This document shows, piece by piece, positions 52,671 through 64,000 of a stretch of 64,000 nt of DNA. The stretch is from positions 7,254,001 through 7,318,000 of the forward strand of contig JAWMAR010000031.1 in assembly GCA_036785375.1 (NCBI GenBank), written 5' to 3'. The notes under the pieces are model-generated. The model did no database searches and was not told the DNA's origin. It saw only the letters and a list, made by a program, of their open reading frames with translations. This DNA is from Leucoraja ocellata. Taxonomy: Eukaryota. The first letter of the stretch is position 1, and every line of letters begins with the position of its first letter. The translations under genes were made by a program, and so were the position numbers.

Positions 52671-52987
52671 GTCCAGAACAAGGGGTCACAGTTTAAGGTT
52701 AAGGGGGAAATCTTTTAGGACCGAGATGAGAAAAACATTTTTTTACACAGAGTGGTGAATCTGTGGAACTTTCTGCCACAGAAGGTAGTTGAGGCCAGTT
52801 CATTGGCTATATTTAAGAGGGAGTTAGATGTGGCCCTTGTGGCTAAAGGGATCAGGGGGTATGGAGAGAAGGCAGGTACAGGATACTGAGTTGGATGATC
52901 AGCAATGATCATATTGAATGGCGGTGCAGGCTCGAAGGGCCGAATGGCCTACTCCTGCACCTAATTTCTATGTTTCTATGTATTCTA
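52671..52987 (+). mobile_element. CR1 LINE 3' end, young
   Basis: SRTRGHSL..FRTEMRK; shared 3' UTR and (TTTCTATG)n tail; flanking repeat ATGTATTTTAT at 52660-52670 and 52987-52997. Confidence 0.9.
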
Positions 52988-53055
52988 TGTATTTTATCCC
53001 TCTTACTGTTCTAATTTGAGGGGCGATTGAGTTATATTATCACAAGATTGCGTTG

Positions 53056-53500
53056 AGTGGTAGCGGTGTGGAATGAGCTTCCAGTGGAAGTGGTGGAGGC
53101 AGGTTCATTGGTATCATTTAAAAATAAATTGGATAGGCATATGGATGAGAAGGGAATGGAGGGTTATGGTATGAGTGCAGGCAGGTGGGACTAAGGGGAA
53201 AAAAAGTTGTTCGGCACGGACTTGTAGGGCCGAGATGGCCTGTTTCCGTGCTGTAATTGTTATATGGCTATATGTTATATGGTTATAAGATGCATAGACA
53301 GGGTAAATAGTCAATCTTTTTCCCAGAGTGGAAAAGTCAAATACCTAAGGGTGTAGTTTTAAGATTAAAGTTTAAAGGAGATTTACAAAGCAAGTTTTTT
53401 CTACAGAGAATCTTACTTGCCTGGACTGGGGAGGTGGTGCAAGCAGATACAATGGTAATGTTTGAGACCGATTTAGCTAGACACATGACCGGGTTGAGAA
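53056..53500 (+). mobile_element. CR1 3' ends of other subfamilies, including one with a (TTATATG)n tail
   Basis: GTGTGGAATGAGCTTCCAG...GGGCCGAGATGGCCTGTTTCCGTGCTGTA. Confidence 0.7.
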
Positions 53501-53536
53501 TCCATCTTGGGCAGCTCAACCTAATTTTTTTTTAAA

Positions 53537-53960
53537 GTACAAATTTATATAGCACCTTCTTTAACCCTTTCAGAATGCCCTGGAGTGTTTTTAATGTTAT
53601 GTTTATTGTTATGTTTTTAAAGGAGAAAAGCATGGCACCCAATTTGCATCCAAGAAGCTCTCAAAAGAGAACTCTGAAAATGAACTAAATGCTATGTTTT
53701 ATAATTTTTGTATGGGGTGGTAAATATTGGGCAGTGCACTAAATAATTTCCCTGGAGTCGTGTAGAAAAGCCGCATGAGATGTTATGTACTCGTGAGAGC
53801 ACAGACAGAGCCTAGGTTTACTCTCTTATTCAAATTGCTGTCTCTCTGGTAGTCACAGGGCATTGCACCTACATGCAATTGTGCTCATATCACTGGGAAG
53901 TACTTAAACACTCATATCTTCCATCTCATGAAACAAGAGTGATTCACAGTTGTCACTATC
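53537..53960 (-). mobile_element. Deu-domain SINE, degenerate
   Basis: ATTTATATAGCACC...CCAATTTGCA...TAAATATTGGGCAG...CAGACAGAGCCTAGGTTTA, collinear with 39200-39610. Confidence 0.5.
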
Positions 53961-55315
53961 AAAGAAGGCAAGCAGTGTGTTGCAGGTGCACTCTTAGAAT
54001 TTGTGCAAAGGTTTACTCTCCAACTGGCAACATTTGTTGCGTTGTATCATCGTGTCATCTTCGAGTTTAAATATTCAAAAGAAAAAAGTGGGAATATAAA
54101 TTCTTTTGCCAGCTCTTTTGACCCAAATGACATTAAGTAAAGATCTGCTGACATTTGATTGCATTCTTGTGATAATCTTACTCAGGCATGCCTCACCCTT
54201 CTGCAAACCTGTTTCTCTGAAATGTAATTTATGACATGACGGCTTAAAAGTCACAAGCCAGATCTAAGTTTATCTCTTAATGGAAGTTATGCCTGAACAT
54301 GCATTTGGAAGCTTGGTGCCACATGGGAAATGTAGTTTTATTTTTGTATGAAAGTCTGACTGTAAAACTGTGCTGTGGTCTCTCCCATATGCTGTGATTT
54401 TCTTTCTAACCAGCTGCAGCTTGTTCTGTCCTGTAACAAATGTTGGCTGAGTTCAAGCAGCCCATCGGTGTACGCAGAGGCATTTAACTCATTCCCTACT
54501 CCACTGCTCTTCCTGGGATAGTTTCCAGTTCCTGGACAATTGCCAGATGGAGCAATCTTTATAGCTGTGTGATCGTAGTCTCAGCTGCAGAAGATGACAT
54601 CATCATAGTCGTTGCATGCCAGCGCTTACCACTGGTAAAGTGCAAATTAAGCATTTCTAGAATTTTGGCCACCTGTGTGGGAGATAACATCGTGAACAAT
54701 TAAAGGAAAGCTTGTGTGATTCATAAATGTCATCTGAGCTCTGAAATATAACTCTTTGCTCAAGGGTATTAAAGGAAATGGCGCCAAGACTGGAGGATGG
54801 AGTTAAGGATACATGTAAGGCATAGTCACATTGAATGGCAGAACAGACTTCCAAAGAATCTTATTTTCCTGAACCAGTTTTCTTTTGTAAGAACATAGGA
54901 AGTAAAAACAAAGGTACTTCACACCAAAGTTGCCCGACAACTCTTTATTTATCATGTCTGGTTTCTTTTCCATTCCTGATTTTAACTGCCCCATATTTTG
55001 ACAACCATATCTTCAGCAGCCTCGATCCCAAGCTCCAGAATCCCTTTGCCAAAACTCTTTCATTCTAATGCTCTCTCACTCTTTAAAGACAATCCCTATA
55101 CCTACCTCCTTAAACAAGGCTGTGCAAATATATTTTCATGTGATCTTAGGCTGTGGAAAGCCTTGGTTCATTGCTACCACAATAAAAGGGCATTTTAAAT
55201 GAAAGCTGTGGGTTGCTGTGTGTCCATGAATGTTTGTTTTTGTACTTGTATTTCCAGCGTTTTCCGGTCTCCTCCTGGACCTGCTTCGCTCCAGAAGGAA
55301 GATTGACCTGCAATG

Positions 55316-55883
55316 AAACGTAGAAACATAGAAACATAGAAACATAGAAACATAGAAAATAGGTGCAGGAGTAGCCCATTAGGCCCGTCGAGCCTGCACC
55401 GCCATTCAATATGATCATGGCTGATCATCCAACTCAGTATCCCGTACCTGCCTTCTCTCCATACCCCCTGATCCCGTTAGCCACAAGGGCCACATCTAAC
55501 TCCATCTTAAATATAGCCAATGAACTGGCCTCAACTACCTTCTGTGGCGGGGAGTTCCAGAGATTCACCACTCTCTGTATGAAAAATGTTTTTCTCATCT
55601 CGGTCCTAATTGTTTCCCCTTTATCCTTAAACTGTGACCCCTTGTCCTGGACTTCCCCAACATCGGGAACAATCTTCCTGCATCTAGCTTGTCCAACCCC
55701 TTAAGAATTTTGTAAGTTTCTATAAGATCCCCCCTCAATCCTCTAAATTCTAGCGTGTACAAGCCGAGTCTATCCAGTCTTTCTTCATATGAAAGTCCTG
55801 ACATCCCAGGAATCAGTCTGGTGAACCTTCTCTGTACTTCCTCTATGGCAAGAATGTCTTTCCTCAGATTTGGAGACCAAAAC
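55316..55883 (-). mobile_element. CR1 LINE 3' fragment, young
   Basis: FWSPNLRKDILAIEEVQRRFTRLIPGMSGLSYEERL...; (CATAGAAA)n tail. Confidence 0.92.
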
Positions 55884-56228
55884 AGATTTGGAGAGAAAAG
55901 AATTGTCACCAACACTGAAAAGCAGTTCACCTTTCCTCTGACCTACCTGGTTCCACCCATCATCTACCAGCTTCAGCCACAACACTACCCCTCCCCTTCC
56001 CCCATCCAGCGTGATCGGTTCCAAGTACCCTACCCCCTACCTCATCTTGTTCACCCTACTTCACACCAGCCTCTGCCTCACCAATCCCTCTCTCTTGTAC
56101 ATGCACGGCTCCCCAACATACATATCACCTGACCTATGGAATTCCAACTCTACGCAACATCTCACATATATTTCCATACATTTTTGAGGCAATCTAGTAG
56201 TAACATTAATAAAAAAAATTCTAGTCAA

Positions 56229-56321
56229 AGGTAGACACAAAATGCTGGAGTAACTCAGCGGGACAGGCATCATCTCTAGAGAGAAGGAATGTGTGATGTT
56301 TCCGGATGAGACCCTTCTTCA
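56229..56321 (-). mobile_element. Penelope-derived short unit
   Basis: GGTAGACACAAAATGCTGGAGTAACTCAGCGGG...GAGACCCTTCTTCA. Confidence 0.75.
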
Positions 56322-57015
56322 TTATTAATTTTATATACTCCATTAGTTTAATTCTGAGCAGTGTTGCCAATTATATGAAATCAAGAATTATTGCAATTGT
56401 ATATAGAGTGATATGACATGGTTATAGGAAACATACATTCCTTACTTATGGACAGTAATGTAACTTGAGATTGTACTGGCTATCTTCCCTCCACTCTCGG
56501 TCCTGATGTAGGATCTCAACCTAAAATATTGACCATCCTTTTGCCTCAACAGATGATGCTTGACCCGTTGAATTTGTCCAGCAGTGTATTTTTTGCACTT
56601 AAATACAGTAATTGTAGCAAACATTTATCCAACCAATATAGTTTGTAGGCATAATGCACCTACATCTCGTTTACTAAATCATTTTTCTCTCCCCGTTGCT
56701 GATTTTGACTACTGGGATACAAGTGCCTCAGACATCAGGCGCCCCTTTTCCGTATGATATACTTGCATTTGAGATGGTTCATGTAGATTCACCTGGATCA
56801 TCCTCAGTATGCGGGCTGTCCCATGAAGAATGATTGAGGGAGATTGACCTATATTCATTGCACTTCAGAAGAATGGGAAATGGTCTAATTGAAGCATGAA
56901 AGATTCTGACATAGATTGACAGGTGGATTTGAGACTGTTTTTGTAGACTGGAGAGTTTAGAAGCAGGGAAAATAATCTCAGGATAAAAGGTTGGCAATCT
57001 CGGAGTGAGATGAGA

Positions 57016-57199
57016 AGGTAGACACAAAGTGCAGGAGTAACTCAATGGGTCAGGCAGGATGGAGGAGAGAAAGGATGGGTGACGTTTTGAGGTGGAATGT
57101 CCGACCCAAAAAGTCACCCATCCCTTTTCCCCAGAGACGCTGCCTGTCCCGCTGAGTTACTCCAGCATTTTGTCTCTACCTGCAGTTCCTTCCTGCACA
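57016..57199. mobile_element. Penelope-derived inverted pair inserted in a degenerate CR1 (~56775-57430)
   Basis: Arms 57016-~57087 and ~57102-57181 are reverse complements; TGAGATG-GAAG-like repeat on both flanks. Confidence 0.75.
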
Positions 57200-58010
57200 A
57201 TGAGATGTGAAGACTGTACTATGAATCCCCGGATGTTTTTCATGCCAGGCAATTATTTGCTCCTTACTGTTCATGCAGTATCGATAGATTTGCATACAAG
57301 AAGAAATTCAAGGGATGTGGAGATCAGGCAGCAAAGTAGTCAAGGCATAATATCCATCATGATCTTATTGCATGGACTAGCATGCTTGAAGGGCTGATTG
57401 GCCAACATCTGCTACCAGCTTATGTCCTTGTACTATTGGGAGATGAGTGCTGCAGTCTTGGCAGGAAACTAGTTTCCTAGAGAAATGTGATGAGCTTATT
57501 TTTTGGACTGCAGCCCTGAATTGAGAGGACCTTAGAAAGCAATGACTGCAGGGCTGGAGATAACTTCCCATGGCTCTGATGATCACCTTGCCAAAAGTTT
57601 ATAGCTTCTTTGAATTCAATGTTCACATATTTTAAGAACCTTGACGATGCACAGGGCATTGTAACTGGCTTTATAGGTACCAGTTCCAGTTTCTTAAATG
57701 TCCACTCTCTCCAACATCGATGCAGTGCAGCTGCAATAATGGTCTTTATAAGATGAACATCATCAATTCACCAAGGCTTTTTCACTAACACTTCAGAAAA
57801 CTGCAACCATTATCTTCCAGAAGGACAACGATTCTCTGGATCAAACATCATCCTGACTTGGAAATACAGTGCATCAGCATTTCTTCATCGCTGCTGGGTC
57901 ACAATCCTCCATCAACAGTGTTCAGTTTAGTTTATTTTCACATGTACTGCGGTACAGTGAAAAGCTTTTGTTGCATGCTAACCAGTCAGTAGAAAGACAA
58001 TACATGATTA

Positions 58011-58350
58011 TTTTATTTTATTTTTTTATTTTTTTTAATTCTATAATAGAAAGAGAGAGAAAGAGAGGGTAGAAAGTTACAAATAAAAAAAACCTGAAAA
58101 ACGGAAGTGGAATGGGTTACCTGTAATTCGTCAATGGAGATAGGTTCGTAGATTATAAAGTATAGCTTTTCATCTGATCCTGAGTTCAAGTTTCAGTTGG
58201 GTCCTCGTGCTGTGCCAATCTATCCCTTCAGATAGTTAATGAATGGAGCCCAGATTTTATCGAAAAGATCTTGTTTGTCCATTAGGACGTCTAATTCTTT
58301 CTAAGTATAGGGTCTCCGACATTTCCGTAATCCACATTTTAATTGTGGGG
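58011..58350 (-). mobile_element. 5'-truncated L1-clade LINE with poly(A), nested in a LINE 3' remnant (~57915-58550)
   Basis: T-rich tail at 58011-58036; minus strand reads PTIKMWITEMSETLYLERIR; 15-bp TSD GACAATACA(T/C)GATTA at 57996-58010 and 58351-58365. Confidence 0.75.
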
Positions 58351-59082
58351 GACAATACACGATTATAATTGATGCATTTGCAGTGTATAGATACATGATA
58401 AGGGAATAGCGTTTAGTGCAAGGCAAGGCCAACAAAGACCGATCAAAGATAGTCTGATGGTCATCAACGAGGTAGATAGTAGTTCAGCACTACTCTCTAG
58501 TTGTGGTAGCAAGATTCAGTTGCCTGATAACAGCAGGGAAGAACAGTGTGGGTGTAAACTCATCACAAGGACTGCAGCACGTCGAGAAGGCTCCTTCTCA
58601 AGGGGATGAACAATATTTTCTGGCCTTATCAGAGATGTTCACATGCTATTGATAAATAAAATGTGTTTTGAATTCCCACCATTTGAGTTGTTAGTTTAGG
58701 ATCATAATCACTACAGGACCTAGTTGCAGGAGACTGCACATGCTTGAAACTGAGCAAAAAATAAACTGCTGGAAGTAGCGTTTGTGAAGGGAAAGGGAGG
58801 CGATACTGTAGTAGAATGTGGGAGAAAAACCCGTAGAGAGAATTGGTGAAAGGATTGTACAAACCTGAGATCCTGGCCGATATTGAAGAGGAGATTCACC
58901 AAGATGTTGCCTGGATTGGAGAACTTCAACAATGGGAAGAGATAGGACAGTCTGGAGCAAAGGAGGTTGAGGGGTGAGTAATAGATGTATAAAGTATGAC
59001 TGGCATAGCTAGGGGAGTTAAACAATTTTTTTTTTCCTGTGATGAGACTATCCAAGATCGAGGCAGCATGGTGGTGCAGTGG

Positions 59083-59570
59083 TAGAAACATAGAAACATA
59101 GAAAATAGGTGCAGGAGTAGGCCATTCGGCCCTTCGAGCCTGCACCGCCATTCAATATGATCATGGCTGATCATCCAACTCAGTATCCCGTACCTGCCTT
59201 CTTTCCATACCCCCTGATCCCTTTACCGAAGAAGGCAAGTACATCAAACTCCCTCTTAAATATAGCCAATGAACTGGCCTCAACTACCTTCTGTGGCAGA
59301 GAATTCCAGAGATTCACCACTCTCTGTGAAAAATGTTTTCCTCATCTCGGTCCCAAAAGATTTCCCCCTTATCCTTAAACTGTGACCCCTTGTTCTGGAC
59401 TTCCCCAACATCGGGAACAATCTTCCTGCATCTAGCCTGTCCAACCCCTTATGAATTTTGTAAGTTTCTATAAGATCCCCCCTCAATCTTCTAAATTCTA
59501 GTGAGTACAAGCCGAGTCTATCCAGTCTTTCTTCATATGAAAGTCCTGACATCCCCGGAATCAGCCTGGT
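59083..59570 (-). mobile_element. CR1 LINE 3' fragment, young
   Basis: MSGLSYEERLDRLGLYSLEFRRLRGDLIETYKI; flanking repeat TGGTAGA at 59080-59086 and 59567-59573. Confidence 0.92.
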
Positions 59571-59604
59571 AGAGTTGCTGCCTTACAGCACCAGCAACAC
59601 AGGT

Positions 59605-59730
59605 TCAAGTCAAGTCAAGTCAAGTCAAGTCAAGTCAAGTCAAGTCAAGTCAAGTCAAGAGAGTTTATTGTCATGTGTCCCAGATAGGACAATTAAATTC
59701 TTGCTTGCTGCAGCACAACAGGATATTGTA
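59605..59730 (-). mobile_element. (CAAGT)n microsatellite tail with short LINE 3' remnant
   Basis: About 10 CAAGT units followed by TTTATTGTCATGTG, similar to other minus-strand LINE 3' ends here. Confidence 0.6.
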
Positions 59731-59839
59731 GGCAATCCTGTCTATGGGTTGTGTCTGCAAGGAGTTTGTACATTTTCCCTGTGACCGTGTGGGTTTTCCC
59801 TGGGTGGTCCGGTTTCCTCCCACATTCCAAAGACATACC

Positions 59840-59973
59840 CAGTCTGAAGAAGGGTCTTGACCCAAAACGTCACCCATTCCATCTCTCCAGAGATGCTGCC
59901 CGTGCCAGTGAGTTACTCCAGCTTTTTGTGTCCACCTTCAGTTTAAACCAACATCTGCAGTTCCTTCCTACAC
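59840..59973 (+). mobile_element. Penelope-derived short unit with hammerhead core (GAAA mutated to AAAA)
   Basis: CAGTCTGAAGAAGGGTCTTGACCCAAAACGTCACC...CATCTGCAGTTCC. Confidence 0.8.
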
Positions 59974-61004
59974 ATACAAGTTTAATTGGCATTGGTAAAA
60001 TTGCAAATTCTAAATTGTGGAGGGTAGGGCTAGTGTGCAGGGATCGCTGGTTGGCGCTGCTGTATTCTCTAAATAAAATTAAGCTAAAACTAAACAAGAG
60101 GACATAGATTTCATATGAGAATAAAGAGTTTTACACAGTGAGTGGTCAATACTGGAATGCACTGCCAGAGGAGGTGGTAAAATCAGATGCAATGACAAAG
60201 TTTAAGAGCCCTTTGGACATTTATACAGGTACTTAAATTGGCACGGATATGATTTTAACATGGGCAGAAGGCTGACTTCAGTGTGGTGTTCTGAAGCGGC
60301 CATTTTTATGCTGTACAACTCCACAACTCTATGACGACACGGTTCTACTACATGGGTCTATATCTTGTGTTGTAAAAGCATAAAATCAATCCATTGGTCA
60401 ATGCGAGTTAATTTTGGATTTGGGATAGAATAGATATTTAATAAATTTAGGTTTAGGTTAGATTTACTATTGGTACATATATTGAGGTATTGTGAAAGGC
60501 TTTGTTTTGCATGCTATCCAAACAGATCAAAATTCCTTTCTACTTACTTAATCTCGACCCCTCATATGTTTATAAATGTGAATCAATTCTCTCCTTCAGC
60601 CTCCTACGTAATCCTATCTTTCCTCATAATTACAATTGTCCAGTCTTGCCAAAGACTAACATAAGTCTCCTTTGAACCCTCTTCAATACAATCACATCTA
60701 TTTTCTGATATAAAATGGTGCACACAACGGAAGTTGGGCTCTGACTAATATTGTTTGCAGATGTAGCATAACCTCACTTCTTTTATATTCTATGCATCAG
60801 TTGATAAAGGAAAGGTATCTGCTTGCACTTACACCACCTATTACTCCAGACTCCTTTGTTCTTCCACACTACTGAATAACTTGTCATTTGTTCACACTGC
60901 TTTGGATTAAACTCAAATTGCTACTATTTTCCAAATAACCGGTCATCCATATATTTTATAACATTTTAGTTCAGCCTCATTTGGAGCATTGTGGGCAGAG
61001 AGGA

Positions 61005-61578
61005 TCTGACAAGGTTTATCAAATTATGAGAGGCACAGAGGTAGGTAGACAGTCAGAACTTTTCCCCGGGATGCAATGTCAAATAATGCAGGGTACAGCT
61101 TTAGGGTTAGAGGGAAATATTTAAAGGAGATATGCAGGAAGAACCTATTGACAGAGAATGGTAGGTTCCTGGAACTTGTTGCCAGGCATGGTTGTGGAAG
61201 CAGATGTAATATACTATATCTTGATTATTTACAATAACAACATAAAAAAAAACATTTGGATACCATCAGTACATGTATAGAAATGTTTAGAAGGATATGA
61301 GCCAAATGCGGGCAGATGGGACAAGTGTCGATGGGTTATCTTGGTCAGCATAGGCAAGTTGGACAGAAGAACCTGTTTCCATGCTGATTGACTCTATGGC
61401 TCCACATGATAGTGACATTTAAGTGGCTTTTACATAGGCACATAAATATGCACGAATAGAGGGATATGGATCATACGCAGGCTAAAGAGATTAGGTTAGT
61501 TCCGTATCATGTTCAGCACAAACATCATGGGCCGAAGGGCCTATCCCATACTGTACTGTCCTATGTTCTATGTTCTAT
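61005..61578 (+). mobile_element. Degenerate, stacked CR1 3' fragments
   Basis: AAAATTATGAGAGGCA...GGAACTTGTTGCCAGG...GGGCCGAAGGGCCT...CTATGTTCTATG. Confidence 0.65.
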
Positions 61579-61666
61579 TTGTCTCCCTACATTGTAGCAT
61601 TTTCCTCCTCAATGTCAACCACATGGGCAATTTTTGTATCACCTGCCAGCATCAAAGAATCACCTG

Positions 61667-62901
61667 TCATAGAAACATAGAAAAAACATGGAAACATAGC
61701 AAAATAGGTGCAAGAGTAAGCCATTCGGCCCTACGAGCCAGCACCGCCATTCAATATGATCATGGCTGATCATATAAAATCAGTACCCCGTTCTGGATTT
61801 TTCCCCATATCCCTTGATTCCCTTAGCACCAAACTCTTTTGAAAACATCCAGTGAATTGGCTTCCACTGCCTTCTGTGGCAGAGAACTCCGCAGATTCAC
61901 AGCTCTCTGGGTGAAAAAGTTTTTCCTCATCTCAGTCCGAAATGGCTAACCCCTTATTCCTAAACTGTGACCCCTGGTTCTGGACTCCCCCAACATCCGG
62001 AACAACTTTCCTGCATCTAGCCTGTCCAATCCTTTAAGAATGTTACTTGTTTCTAAAAGATCCCCTCTCATATTTTTAAATTCCGGTGAATACAAACCCA
62101 GTCGACCCATTCTTTCATCAGATGTCAGTCCTGCCTTCCTGGGAATTAATCTTGTGAACCTACGCTGCATTCGCTCAATAGCAATAATGTGCTTCCTCAA
62201 ATTAGGAGACAAAATTGCACACAATACTCCAGGTGCGGTCTCACCAGGGCCCTATACAACTGTAGTAGGACCCCCCTTGCTCTTAAACTTAAATCCTCTC
62301 GCAATGAAGGCCAACATGCCATTAGCTTTCTTCATTTCCTGCTGTACCTGCATGCTTACTTTCAGTGACTGATGTACAAGCATGCCCAGGTCATGTTGCA
62401 CCTCCCCTTTTCCTAATCTGACACCATTTAGATAATAATCTGCCTTCCTGTTGCCAACAAAGTGGATAATCTCACATATATCCACATAATACTGCATCTG
62501 CCCACTCACCCAACCCATCCAAATCATCCTGCAGCCTGATAGCATCGTCACTGCAGCTCACACTGCCACCCATCTTGGGGTCATCCGCAAACTTGGAGAT
62601 GTTACATTTAATTCCCTCGCCTTAATCCTGAATATATATTGTAAATCACTGTGGATCCAGCACCGAGCCTTGTGGCACCCCCACTAGTCACTGCCTGCCA
62701 TTCTGAAAAGGACCTGTTAATTCCTACTCTTTGCTTCCTGTCTGCCAAACAGTTCTCTATCCATGTCAATACACTACCCCAAATACCATGTGCTCTAATT
62801 TTGCACACTAATCTCTTGTGAGAGACCTTGGTAAAGGTTTTTTGAAAGTCCAGATATAACACATCCACTGGCTCTCCCTTATCCATTCTACTTGTTACAC
62901 C
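61667..62901 (-). mobile_element. CR1 LINE, 1.2-kb fragment including degenerate RT core
   Basis: DKGEPVDVLYLDFQK..KVSHKRL, AAGTTTGCGGATGAC (KFADD), QRRFTRLIP, and the 3' UTR/tail; frameshifted. Confidence 0.92.
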
Positions 62902-62924
62902 CAGTCAACTTGTACCATTTCCCT

Positions 62925-63625
62925 ATTTAGGTTTAGGCACAAGTTTATTATTGTCATGTATTCCAACGTGCAGAGTATTGCACGCTATTCAAACAGAACA
63001 GATACGCTATATACAGTGTAAATATAATAAAGTCAAACTCAAGTACAAATAGACAGAGCAATGGGAAAAACACAGAGTGCAGAATATAGTTCTCATATTG
63101 TAGTGCATCAGTTCCTTTGACAAAAAGATAGACACAAAATGATGGAGTAACTCAGTGGGTCAGGCAGCATCTCTGCTGAAAAGCAATAGGTGACGTTTGG
63201 AATGAGATCCTTCTTTAGACTGAGAGTGAGGGGAGAGGGAAACTATGAAAAGGTATAATGAACAAATGTATGAAAGGTATGAAAAGAACAACTCAATGCC
63301 AGCAACGATGATCAAGGAAAGGACCTTCTGCTGGATAGGAGCAGGGAGAAAAAGGAATTAATCGGGTGGGAAAGTCTGAAAATGGTGGCTGCTTTTCGAG
63401 TCAGCGTGAAGTGTAGAGAGAGTCAATAGTAGGGAGTCTAGTCTGTGTGATAAATGATGCTATTGAAGGGGTTTGAGAGAGTCATTGGAGGCATGCTGAA
63501 TTTCCTGAGGGAGTAGAGGCAATGGTGTACTGTTTTCTCTGCAACATCAATGTGGTTGGTCCATGACAGATCATTGGTAATATTAATGGCAAAGAACTTG
63601 AGGCTCTCAACCATTTCGACTTCCA
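62925..63625 (-). mobile_element. Degenerate Rex-Babar LINE remnant with a Penelope unit inserted at ~63128-63330
   Basis: VESLKFFAINITNDLSWTNHID...LYSLRKF; reverse-complement Penelope unit at 63128-63225. Confidence 0.6.
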
Positions 63626-64000
63626 TACCATGTGCTTAACATTCATGGCAAAGTCATGGGACGAGATTTGAGGAATAGGACTAGCAAGGTGGGTCTTAAA
63701 TAGAACTTGCATGGACTTGATGGGTGAAATAGCCTTGTTTCATATTGTATCCATCCGTGATTGGATGTATGTACTGATACATCATGCACCCAATAAAACA
63801 TAGAACAATACAACACAGGAAAGTGTCCTTCGGCCCACCTTATCTGTGCCGAACATGATGAAAAATTAAACTAATCTCCTCTGCCTACCTTCATTCTCTG
63901 CATACCCATGTGCCTATCTAAAAGCCTCTTAAATGTAAGTGCTGCCTCAACTACTACCTACGGATACGCCTCCAATTTCCAGTGGACCAAGCGTAGACTT

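Larger units (their letters stand above)
59062..60095 (+). mobile_element. HE1/V-type tRNA-SINE split by three nested insertions
   Basis: Head GGCAGCATGGTGGTGCAGTGGTAGA|GTTGCTGCCTTACAGC...GGTTCAA, body GGAGTTTGTACATTTTCCCTGTGACCGTGTGGGTTTTCC...CCTCCCACATTCCAAAGAC, A-rich tail at ~60070-60095. Confidence 0.75.

Noticed and set aside
59062-59610. tRNA-like A/B boxes
   Set aside because: SINE head rather than a tRNA gene; no cloverleaf and it is interrupted.
59605-59658. Tandem (CAAGT)n, (ATTCT)n and (CATAGAAA)n arrays as possible CRISPR or coding repeats
   Set aside because: No spacers; simple microsatellites or LINE tails in a eukaryote.

Overview
Eukaryotic (vertebrate) genomic DNA. The repeat repertoire (CR1/HER1-type LINE tails, HE1/V-type SINEs, Deu-domain SINEs, Penelope, Rex-Babar) suggests a cartilaginous fish, probably a skate or ray; this is an inference. 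The window holds one complete protein-coding gene, tfap2a (AP-2 alpha), on the + strand. It has three alternative first coding exons (1c-like 13398-13430, 1a-like 17498/17504-17548, 1b-like 19614-19640) splicing to exons 2-7 (19890-30552). The 1a isoform is 437 aa from ATG 17504, and intron 3 has a GC donor. The gene sits in a ~28 kb CpG-rich, almost transposon-free domain (~7.3-35.4 kb). The flanks are dense with CR1, Rex-Babar, L1, SINE, Harbinger-MITE, Helitron and Penelope-derived elements. Notable structures: Penelope-derived units with a minimal hammerhead-ribozyme core that repeatedly form fold-back palindromes, a head-to-tail Helitron array, a SINE split by three nested insertions, and a possible retroviral gag remnant. 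Most ORFs in the supplied track are spurious. There are five assembly gaps (N runs). All calls were made by eye; no database searches were run.
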